From assembly GCA_963766935.1 (NCBI GenBank), contig CAVYBY010000008.1, positions 4,683 to 68,682 on the forward strand: a stretch of DNA of 64,000 bases. The letters are read 5' to 3'. Source of the stretch: an uncultured Actinomycetes bacterium (GTDB taxonomy: Bacteria > Actinomycetota > UBA4738 > HRBIN12). Shown piece by piece: positions 57,208 through 64,000 of this stretch. Numbering within the stretch: position 1 is the stretch's first letter; each line of letters opens with the position of its first letter. Position numbers and translations under genes: made by a program. The notes under the pieces were generated by a model, which searched no databases, was not told where the DNA came from, and saw only the letters and a program-made list of their open reading frames with translations.

Positions 57208-57960
57208 TCAGACCCGAGGGCGGGCCAGGACGAGCGCGATCGCGAGCAGCGGCACGGCCACCGAGAGCAGCTGGAGGGCGCGCTCGGCCGGCCCCCGCAA
57301 CACGCCGGCGTCGATCGGCTCGGCGCTGCCGTCCAGAAGCTCGAGCTCGCCGCGCACCGACCGAACCTCGCGCCGGAGCCGGCGGACCGGTGTCGACAGC
57401 GTCCGTTGCGCGGCGCTCAGGGCGGTGCAACCCGCGGCCGCGAGCACCGCGCCGATGCGGATCGAGCCGGTCTGGGCGAACCCGGCGACGAGCGCCGGGA
57501 ACGCACCCCACGCCAGCGCGAACCCGAGGTTCGTGTGGACCAGCCCGCCCGCGAGCTCGAGCGTGTAGGCCACAACGAGCACAACGCCGGCCGCGATGAA
57601 CAGCCCGATCCACGGTGAGACCGTGGCCATCCCGTCGATCCCGAGGGCGACGGCGCACCCCAGACCGAGCACCGCCAGTCCGATCAGCACGCCGGTCGGG
57701 ATCCGCGTACCGAGCGGTCGTCCGTGCAGCTCGTCGAGCGCGTGCGCGGCGATGCCCATCGCGGCGAAGAACGCCAGCAGCGTCTCGGCCAGCCATCGCA
57801 CGTGCAGCACCGGCGCGGTCGCCGCTCCGATCGCCACGTACGAGAGGTGCCACAGCGTGTACGGGAGGTGCAGCAGCGTCCAGTAGTCGCGCCAGCCCCC
57901 GGACGCGAGCGCGTAGAACGCCGGGCGCGCTTCCTCGTCCCCGGCCTCAGGGGACACGGG
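57208..57960 (-). CDS. hypothetical polytopic membrane protein
   Basis: From VSPEAGDEEARPAFYALASGGWRDYWTLLHLPYTLWHLSYVAIGAA...: about 7 TMs and a conserved-looking AHALDELHGRPLG. 14-nt overlap with the upstream MTase gene. Confidence 0.45.
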   Translation of the reverse strand, partial: PVSPEAGDEEARPAFYALASGGWRDYWTLLHLPYTLWHLSYVAIGAATAPVLHVRWLAETLLAFFAAMGIAAHALDELHGRPLGTRIPTGVLIGLAVLGLGCAVALGIDGMATVSPWIGLFIAAGVVLVVAYTLELAGGLVHTNLGFALAWGAFPALVAGFAQTGSIRIGAVLAAAGCTALSAAQRTLSTPVRRLRREVRSVRGELELLDGSAEPIDAGVLRGPAERALQLLSVAVPLLAIALVLARPRV

Positions 57961-58666
57961 GTCCACCACGCACCGCCCACACGACGATGGCCGAGCCGAA
58001 GAAGAGCGTCCTCGATCGAACGTGGCGAAACCCGGCCGCCTGCCACCACCGAACCTGTTCGGCCAGCGGAGCCCGGTTCCAGAACTCGCCGATCGAGGGC
58101 CCGAGAAACTTCCCGGTCTTTCGCCAGGCGGGGGACGCCAGCCCGCCGACCGCCGGGACGACGAGCCTCGTATGCAGTTGCCATCCCGCGCGCGCCCAGG
58201 CAGCCTCGGGCACGTAGAACTCCAGCGACGCAACCAGTCCTCCCGGGCGGACGACCCGCGCAAGCTCGCGCATCGTGGACTCCGGGTCGTCCACGTAGCG
58301 CAGCAGGTACGTGAATGTCAGCGCATCGAACGTCTCGTCGGGAAAGGGCAGCGCCTCGGCCCGCCCGAGCACCGCCCGGCGCCATCCGGGTTCGGGTTGG
58401 GCACCCGCGCGAAGCATGGCGAGGTTCGGATCGAGCTGGACGACGCGGTACCGCCTGGCCGCGAGCTCGCGGGCAACGAGACCGGTGCCGCTCGCCACGT
58501 CGAGCACGAGCGAACCCGGCGGAACGTTCACGCGTGAGACCAGGAACCGCCGCCAGCGCGGATCCTGCCCGAGAGAGAGCAGCGGCCCCATCCGCTCGTA
58601 CTGCGGAGCGATGGCCTCGAACATCACCCGCGCGTGACGGGCGCGAGGGGAGGAGTTGTCGCTCAC
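57947..58666 (-). CDS. UbiE/MenG-family SAM-dependent methyltransferase (demethylmenaquinone methyltransferase-like)
   Basis: MFEAIAPQYERMGPLLSLGQDPRWRRFLVSRV (UbiE/COQ5 N-terminal signature), motif I VLDVASGTG, and LTFTYLLRYVDDPESTMRELARVVRPGG. GTG start at 58666 overlapping (GTGA) the HAD stop. ATG at 58624 is an alternative. Confidence 0.75.
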   Translation of the reverse strand: MSDNSSPRARHARVMFEAIAPQYERMGPLLSLGQDPRWRRFLVSRVNVPPGSLVLDVASGTGLVARELAARRYRVVQLDPNLAMLRAGAQPEPGWRRAVLGRAEALPFPDETFDALTFTYLLRYVDDPESTMRELARVVRPGGLVASLEFYVPEAAWARAGWQLHTRLVVPAVGGLASPAWRKTGKFLGPSIGEFWNRAPLAEQVRWWQAAGFRHVRSRTLFFGSAIVVWAVRGGPRVP

Positions 58667-59431
58667 CCGGCGACCAGACCCGGCACATCGGCGAGCGATC
58701 CCACGACGTGATCCGGACGGCCGCGATCGAGATCGGCTTCCCGGAACTTCCCCGTGCGCACGAGGATGCCGGTGAGCCCCGCGGCCTGCGCTCCCAGCAC
58801 GTCGTTCACGATGTCGTCGCCGACCATGGCGACCCGCTCCGGCGACAGCCCGAGCTGCCCGACCGCCGCGGCGAAGTACTCGGGCGACGGCTTGCCGCAG
58901 ATCGTCGCCGTGACGCCGGCGGCCTCCTCGAGCCCGGCGAGGTACGCGCCGCCGTCCAGCTCGAGCCCGTCGCTCGTCTTCCAGTACAGGTTTCGGTGCA
59001 TCCCGACGAGGCGGGCGCCGTCCATCAGCCGCCGGAAGATCGCGTTGATCGTCGCGTACGTGAAGTCGTCGCACGCGCCGCCCAGCACCACCACATCGGC
59101 ATCGTCGACGCCGGCGAGCTCGACGCCGGCAAGGTCGTCACGGGCATCGCCGTCGGACAGCACGAAGACCTTCGCGCCGGGGCAGCTGGGCCGTCAGATA
59201 CGAGGCCGTGGCGACGACCGCGGTCACGATCTCGTCCGCGGACACGTCGAAGCCGGCGGCCCGCAGCCTCTCGGCAAGACCCGCGCGGGTGTGCGTGGTC
59301 GTGTTCGTGATCAGCCGCAGCGGAAGACGGCCGCGAAGCTCGGCCAGCGCCTCGATCGCACCCGGGATCGGCTGCCACGAGATGGACAGCACGCCGTCGA
59401 TATCAAGCAGAAGCCCGTCGACGCCCGTCAC
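58663..59431 (-). CDS. HAD-superfamily hydrolase, subfamily IIA, one frameshift near 59170
   Basis: N-terminus VTGVDGLLLDIDGVLS (DxDG motif I) ...ITNTTT (motif II) in ORF 59138..59593. C-terminus ...GKPSPEYF...MVGDDIVNDVLGAQAAG (motifs III/IV) in ORF 58663..59163. Confidence 0.65.
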
Positions 59432-60251
59432 GGGGCGCAGTCTCCCACGGCCGCTCGCCGCGTCGCCACGCGAGATACGGCTCGATGAAACGGAACCGGG
59501 CCGGGAGCACCGGCCGCATCGCCCGGATCGCGAGGAACGCCGCGCGAACTTGCGCGTTCCGGAGCGGCCCGGGCCGGTCTCCGTACTGCTCACGCAATGC
59601 GGGCGGCAGCGTGGCGAAGGCCAGGCGGGAGACGACCCGCAGGACGGGCCGCCACTGCACGTCCTTCGGCGGGCGGCGGAAGAGATCCGCGACCGAGCGG
59701 GCGCCGTCGCCGACCCGCAGGATTCCGGAGGCTTCGACCTCGGCGAGATAGGCGCGCAGCGCCGGCACCGTCGGCGGGATTCGCTCCCGAGGCAGCCGCA
59801 GGAGCTCGGCGGCGAGCATCTGCTCCTCGTGGAACCGTTGCCGCCCGGCTTCGTCGAGCGCTCCGACCGTCAGCTGCTCGAACCGGAGCGCCGAGTCGAC
59901 CAGGCACGCGTGGACGTACAGCAGCAGGTCGGGGTCGAAGGCGTCATAGGGCCGGCCCGTCGCGGGATCCACGCCGTGGATGCGCTCGTGGACCCCGTTG
60001 ATCCGGTCGGCCGCCTCCTGCGCCTGCGCCCTGCTCCCGAACGTGATCGTGTAGGTCAGGATCACCGTCCGCTGGAGCCGCTTCCATGGATTCCGCTCGT
60101 ACATGCCGGTCTGGACCGCGCCGGCGACGACGAGCGGGTGCGCCGCCTGCATCAGCAGGGCCCGGGCTCCGCCGAACAGCACGGTCACCTCGCGCTGAAC
60201 CTGCCACGAGACGGATTCCGGTCCGAAGTACCCATGATCTTCGGGCTGCAT
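59403..60251 (-). CDS. DUF2236 / MpaB-family oxygenase-like protein
   Basis: From MQPEDHGYFGPESVSWQVQREVTVLFGGARALLMQAAHPLVVAGAV...RLQRTVILTYTITFG...ADRINGVHERIHGVDPATGRPYDAFDPDLLLYVHACL. Conserved ER-bound oxygenase MpaB/rubber-oxygenase-like fold family. Confidence 0.7.
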   Translation of the reverse strand: MQPEDHGYFGPESVSWQVQREVTVLFGGARALLMQAAHPLVVAGAVQTGMYERNPWKRLQRTVILTYTITFGSRAQAQEAADRINGVHERIHGVDPATGRPYDAFDPDLLLYVHACLVDSALRFEQLTVGALDEAGRQRFHEEQMLAAELLRLPRERIPPTVPALRAYLAEVEASGILRVGDGARSVADLFRRPPKDVQWRPVLRVVSRLAFATLPPALREQYGDRPGPLRNAQVRAAFLAIRAMRPVLPARFRFIEPYLAWRRGERPWETAPRDGRRRASA

Positions 60252-60345
60252 CCCTCGAACGTAGCAAGTCGCGCGGGGGACGTGCCCCGGCGGCCGGATG
60301 CGCGACAATTCGGGACCCGGCGCCGGGGGGGCCGGGATCTTCCCC

Positions 60346-61014
60346 ATGCATACGATCGGCATCCTTCTCGCGGCCACCGTAGTGGTGGGTCTCGTCCTCG
60401 GTGGCAGCCTGCGCCGGTTCGACGCCGTGCTCATCCACTGGTGGGGCCTTGCCTTGGCCGGCCTCGCGCTGCAAGCGGCGCCCGTGCCGGTCATCCGCGG
60501 GGTGAGCCACGACGCCGTCGGTGGCGCGATGCTCGCGGGGTCCTACGCGCTGCTCCTCGTGTTCGTCGCCATCAACAAGTGGCTGCCCGGGGCCGGCGTC
60601 ATGGCGCTCGGCCTGCTCCTCAACCTCTCGGTCGTGGCGGCGAACTCCGGGATGCCGGTCAGCGCGGAGGCGATCCGCATCGCCGGCGCTCCGCCGCTCG
60701 CGCTCGCCCTGGCGGACCCGGGAACCAAGCACCACCTGCTGACCGACACGGACGTGCTCGCCCCGCTGTCGGACGTGATCCCGGTGCCCGGAACGGGCGT
60801 CGTGTTCTCCCCCGGAGACTTGCTGCTCTACGGGGCGGTGGCGTGGTTCCTGCTCGCGGTCATGCTGGGACGCTTCCGCGCGAATCCCCGGCCGCTCGCT
60901 CCGTGGTTTCAGTCGTATCGCGGGAAGCACGCCCCTCCTTATTGGAGGTTGCCTGCCCGTTACCGCCTCCCCCGGACTGGCTCTCCATCTGAAGCAGCGC
61001 GATCGGGAACTTGA
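60346..61014 (+). CDS. hypothetical integral membrane protein (DUF5317-like?) divergent from the MpaB gene and adjacent to the sensor kinases
   Basis: MHTIGILLAATVVVGLVLGG...: about 6 TMs. The last ~50 codons overlap the convergent kinase gene tail and may not be coding. Confidence 0.4.
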   Translation: MHTIGILLAATVVVGLVLGGSLRRFDAVLIHWWGLALAGLALQAAPVPVIRGVSHDAVGGAMLAGSYALLLVFVAINKWLPGAGVMALGLLLNLSVVAANSGMPVSAEAIRIAGAPPLALALADPGTKHHLLTDTDVLAPLSDVIPVPGTGVVFSPGDLLLYGAVAWFLLAVMLGRFRANPRPLAPWFQSYRGKHAPPYWRLPARYRLPRTGSPSEAARSGT

Positions 61015-62434
61015 CCGTGATGGTCGTGCCTTCGCCCGGCGCGCTCTCGACTTCGAAGGTTCCACCACCGACCTGAGCGCGCTCGCGCATCATCGACATC
61101 CCGAAGTGACCTTCAGGTCCGGGCGCGCCGGTGTCGAAGCCCATGCCGTTGTCCTTGATGCGAAGCTCGATGTCGTCGTCACGCTGGCGAACCATGATCC
61201 ACATGTCGGTAGCGCCGGCGTGCTTGAGCGCGTTCATCACTGCCTCGCGAGCAATGTGGTAGATCAGCAGAGCGATCGGCGCCGGCAGATCGATGTTCTC
61301 GACGTCGTGGTGGAAGACGACACCGGATTCCCGTCCGACCTCGTCGACGAAGGACTCCACGGCCTCCGACAGACCCTTCGCACCCAGCGGCGACCGGTGC
61401 AGGTCGCGGATCAATGCCCGCACGCGGTCGGACGTGTCCTGCTTCGACTCGCGGATCTTGTCGAGCTGCTCCCCCAAGCTCATCAGGTCCTTCTTGTCGA
61501 GAAGCTTCCGAGCCACGTCCACTTGGATCGAGAGCCGGAAGAGGACCTGGGCAAGGTCGTCATGCAGGTAGCCGGCGATCTGGAGCCGCTCGTCGGCCCG
61601 CTCCTGCGCCATCGTGTTGGACAGCTGTCTCAGCAGCTCCTCACGCGCCTTCAGCTCACTGTGCGCTTCCTCGAGCGCCTGAGTGCGGATGAACATCTGC
61701 CTCGCAAACAGCAGCGGCGCCAACACGACCGCCACCGACCAGAACCCAACCCCTGGCAACACGTACAACTTGGCCAGAACGGTGCCGACGAGACCGAGAC
61801 CCACATAGCTGACAAGGAACTCCTGGCCTCGTGAAAGCTGTCGGAACACAACGCCAACGGAAAGCTGGTGAACGATGGCGACGATGAACGAGACCAAGGA
61901 GATGTTGATGGCGTAGTCAACAACCGTGGCCACGAGGGCCGCTGGAATCATGTAGACGAGGGGTTGATCAACGCCCGAAAGGAAATGAAACACCGCACTA
62001 GCGGCCAGAACCGCCAGGGTGACTTGCGACCTGTTGAACAGGGCCCTCAGCGGGCTGATGTCTCGCTTGAGTTCCCGAGGATCAAAAGAACCGAGGAACG
62101 CAACTGTCGCCGCTACGCCTGGTGGATAGACGATGGCGGCTGCAGCCAGGAGGGGGAAGCCCAGGCTCACCTGTACGCCGCTCCAAGTCGAGGCAGGCAG
62201 AAGCTCCACAACGGCGATCAGTACGACCCAAGAGATCAACTCAGGCTCGAACTCCCGCCACTCTTGGACCGCGTTGAGGACGAGCCCGAGGAGCGTTGGC
62301 AGAACCACCGCAAGCAGGAACAGGTTCGCCGCCGTTCGGTTCCGATCGGCTGGCGAGTGCGCTGATTCAGCGGTAGCCGTAGACACCCGACCTCCAAGCT
62401 TTCGACGCGGGCTGCCAGCATCTTGCCCCGGCAC
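60860..62434 (-). CDS. sensor histidine kinase, HisKA_3/HATPase_c (NarL/LiaS/DesK-type) with N-terminal polytopic sensor domain
   Basis: About 8 N-terminal TMs. H-box ERLQIAGYLHDDLAQVL. N box IYHIAREAVMNALKHAGA. G boxes IKDNGMGFD...GMSMMRERAQ...GGTFEVESAPGEGTTITV. Confidence 0.85.
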   Translation of the reverse strand: MPGQDAGSPRRKLGGRVSTATAESAHSPADRNRTAANLFLLAVVLPTLLGLVLNAVQEWREFEPELISWVVLIAVVELLPASTWSGVQVSLGFPLLAAAAIVYPPGVAATVAFLGSFDPRELKRDISPLRALFNRSQVTLAVLAASAVFHFLSGVDQPLVYMIPAALVATVVDYAINISLVSFIVAIVHQLSVGVVFRQLSRGQEFLVSYVGLGLVGTVLAKLYVLPGVGFWSVAVVLAPLLFARQMFIRTQALEEAHSELKAREELLRQLSNTMAQERADERLQIAGYLHDDLAQVLFRLSIQVDVARKLLDKKDLMSLGEQLDKIRESKQDTSDRVRALIRDLHRSPLGAKGLSEAVESFVDEVGRESGVVFHHDVENIDLPAPIALLIYHIAREAVMNALKHAGATDMWIMVRQRDDDIELRIKDNGMGFDTGAPGPEGHFGMSMMRERAQVGGGTFEVESAPGEGTTITVKFPIALLQMESQSGGGGNGQATSNKEGRASRDTTETTERAAGDSRGSVPA

Positions 62435-62618
62435 AGTGCTCAGTGAAAGTAGGCCTCACGACCGACCCGTTCCATTGCGATGACTTCTACAACGTTCAGC
62501 GTAGGGGGGGTGAGGGGCTTGCCCCCACTTGGGGGAGGACCCATAGTTTGACAGGCGGTCCCCCGTTGAGGGGACCGATGTATCGTCCCCCGGGGAGGGA
62601 CCAAGGGAGGAGGACAGC

Positions 62619-62702
62619 ATGCGTCTTGTTAAGCGCATCGCAATTGCTCTCGGCTCGCTGGTGGCACTGATGCTAGCGGGCGGGGCCCACTTCAAGTGGT
62701 AG
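62619..62702 (+). CDS. candidate 27-aa hydrophobic micro-protein MRLVKRIAIALGSLVALMLAGGAHFKW
   Basis: Not in the ORF track (below the length cut-off). Near-consensus RBS AAGGGAGGAGG 5 nt upstream of the ATG. Single predicted TM helix. Followed 22 nt downstream by a perfect 10-bp GC stem plus T-rich terminator. Codon composition differs from the flanking GC-rich antisense noise. Confidence 0.35.
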   Translation: MRLVKRIAIALGSLVALMLAGGAHFKW

Positions 62703-62723
62703 AACGCCCCACCGAGAACTGAG

Positions 62724-62757
62724 CGGGCCCGGGTTGATGCCCGGGCCCGTTGTTGTT
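62724..62757. terminator. palindromic, potentially bidirectional intrinsic terminator
   Basis: cgggcccggg-ttgatg-cccgggcccg is a perfect 10-bp stem with a 6-nt loop, followed by TTGTTGTT on the plus strand. It lies between the convergent small ORF and kinase 2. Confidence 0.6.
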
Positions 62758-63986
62758 CATGGCGTCTTGAGATGCACCCGGACCGAGGTTCCATGTCCGG
62801 GAGTCGATGTGATGCTGAGTTCGGCTCCAAGAGACTGCGCGCGAGTCCTCATCAGTTCGAGGCCGAAATGCATCTCGTCAAGAGGACGATCCTGGTCGAA
62901 GCCCCGTCCGTCATCGGAAACCTCTAGGGTCACTAGATCGCTCGCCTGTTTCAGAGAGACCCAAACTGTCGAGCACATCGCATGTCGTGTTGCGTTCTGC
63001 ATGGCTTCCTTAGCGATCTGGTAGAGGAGAAGCTCGGTCTCCGGATCAAGCTGCACACTGCCATCAAGGTCGCCAACGATCTGAACCCCACTCTCCTCGT
63101 AGAGGTGGTTCGAGAGCAGCAGCACAGTCCCAACTAGGCCCGCAGCTCCAACGGTCGAGCGGCGGAGATCGCGGATGATGCCCCTCAGCTCATCGACGGC
63201 TCCCTCAGCCGCCTCCAGGATTCCTGGAACGTCATCGTCGAGCGCAAGCAGTTGACCTGAACGTAGGTCCTCGCGCAGTACGTGCGTGCGAAGCGTCACC
63301 CCGTAAAGACTCTGGAGAACGTCGTCATGAAGAGCTTCCGCAATCCTTTGGCGTTCATCTCGCCGCTCCTGGGCGATCCGATCGTCGACTCGGGCTAGAG
63401 CAGCGTTGCGAACGCGAAGGACCCCAGTCAACTCAGCGATGCCCTTTCCGCTTGCGAATGTCTCGTGTCCTAGAACGACGATTGGGATCGCAACAGCAGC
63501 CAACCCCACGGGCCCGATTCGAAAGACGAGCTCGGCGAGAAAGAGGCTACTCAAGCCAAAGCATGCGTACGAGATCGCATGACGCACGGGTGAACCGATC
63601 ACCATCGCGGGTAGAACCCTGCGGAGCGGCCGGCCAGTTCGCGTCCAGACGGAGACCGCTACAAGGGACATGTTGATGACCACATCAATCAAGAGAGCAA
63701 GGACTGCTGCAGCGAGAGCCCCTGGCCACCTCCCAAGTTGCCCGCCAACCGCCAAGAAGCACAACCCGGCCATCCCGGCGGCAAGTGCAGTCTGGGATCG
63801 ATTGAAGACAGAGTTCCAAAGAGACACTTCACGGCGGACCTCACGAATGTCCAGAAAGGCGACGAACCCGAGAAGGGCGGCGGGGCCAGGTCCGTACAAC
63901 ATTCCTGCAGCGAGCAGCACGGGAAGGTCCATCGAAAGGTGAACCTCGCTGGAAAGGCGAAGCGGGAAAACTCCGGCGATCGCCAC
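62757..63986 (-). CDS. second sensor histidine kinase, HisKA_3/HATPase_c paralogue (probably 5'-truncated by the window end)
   Basis: H-box ERQRIAEALHDDVLQSL. N box LYQIAKEAMQNATRHA. G boxes VSDDGRGFD...GLELMRTRAQ...SITSTPGHGTSV. Same architecture as the 60860..62434 kinase but with only ~180 aa of N-terminal TM region inside the window. Confidence 0.8.
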   Translation of the reverse strand: MAIAGVFPLRLSSEVHLSMDLPVLLAAGMLYGPGPAALLGFVAFLDIREVRREVSLWNSVFNRSQTALAAGMAGLCFLAVGGQLGRWPGALAAAVLALLIDVVINMSLVAVSVWTRTGRPLRRVLPAMVIGSPVRHAISYACFGLSSLFLAELVFRIGPVGLAAVAIPIVVLGHETFASGKGIAELTGVLRVRNAALARVDDRIAQERRDERQRIAEALHDDVLQSLYGVTLRTHVLREDLRSGQLLALDDDVPGILEAAEGAVDELRGIIRDLRRSTVGAAGLVGTVLLLSNHLYEESGVQIVGDLDGSVQLDPETELLLYQIAKEAMQNATRHAMCSTVWVSLKQASDLVTLEVSDDGRGFDQDRPLDEMHFGLELMRTRAQSLGAELSITSTPGHGTSVRVHLKTP

Positions 63987-64000
63987 AGCGAGAGCCCACA

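Noticed and set aside
62490-62610. Possible CRISPR or other repeat array (repeated GGGG/CCCC blocks)
   Set aside because: The repeats are short inverted repeats forming hairpins, not direct repeats with unique spacers. No cas genes nearby.
1-64000. Mobile elements, integrases, transposases, phage genes
   Set aside because: No transposase, integrase, recombinase or terminal inverted repeat was recognised in any frame. GC content is uniformly high apart from two short intergenic dips.

Overview
High-GC (~70%) chromosomal segment with Actinomycetota-like gene content, densely packed with housekeeping and catabolic genes on both strands. I recognised no rRNA, tRNA, CRISPR array or mobile element. 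Supported modules, in order: (1) a minus-strand PRC-barrel -> NRAMP (MntH-like) Mn/Fe transporter -> lipoprotein operon. (2) DUF2461, a Dyp-type peroxidase, a cyclase, a YciI-like protein, then a ChrA chromate transporter with a flavodoxin-like gene and a PQQ-dependent sugar dehydrogenase. (3) A DUF1211 (TMEM175-like) membrane protein, DUF983, a PatA-like GNAT plus NDP-forming acyl-CoA synthetase protein acetyltransferase, a NicO/RcnA-like Ni/Co transporter fused to a periplasmic domain, and Ppx/GppA. (4) A large membrane protein with a GCS2-like cytoplasmic domain, an M20 peptidase, PlsC, a group-2 sigma-70 factor, two alpha/beta hydrolases and an EamA transporter. (5) An MFS transporter in frame with a ~700-aa polytopic membrane protein, a MutY-like glycosylase, a CBS protein, an MBOAT plus SGNH acyltransferase pair, TrpB2, a Rieske-like protein, a CDP-alcohol phosphatidyltransferase and GreA. 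(6) A gamma-glutamylation-type ethanolamine utilisation cluster: ALDH, SDR, Eat permease and a GlnA4-like glutamine-synthetase-family ligase. (7) A GntR-regulated polyol/sugar operon (aldolase, Zn-ADH, FGGY kinase) with a palindromic operator. (8) An amidohydrolase/peptide island: GATase1, a C26 gamma-glutamyl hydrolase fused to GrpB, a C45 Ntn hydrolase, a creatininase and a five-gene Dpp/Opp-type ABC transporter. (9) A CoA-transferase plus methyltransferase pair. (10) A MenG-like MTase/HAD/MpaB/membrane-protein operon with translational-coupling overlaps. (11) Two tandem HisKA_3 sensor kinases separated by a structured GC-hairpin leader, a strongly RBS-preceded 27-aa hydrophobic peptide ORF and a perfect palindromic terminator. 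A striking technical or biological feature is that roughly 20 frame-breaking single-base lesions (at least 18 1-nt indels plus one in-frame TAG) interrupt about a dozen otherwise well-conserved genes: cyclase, ChrA, flavodoxin, GSDH, Rieske-like, CDP-OH transferase, GreA, Eat, GlnA4-like, FGGY kinase and HAD. Most long antisense ORFs in the six-frame track are high-GC artefacts.
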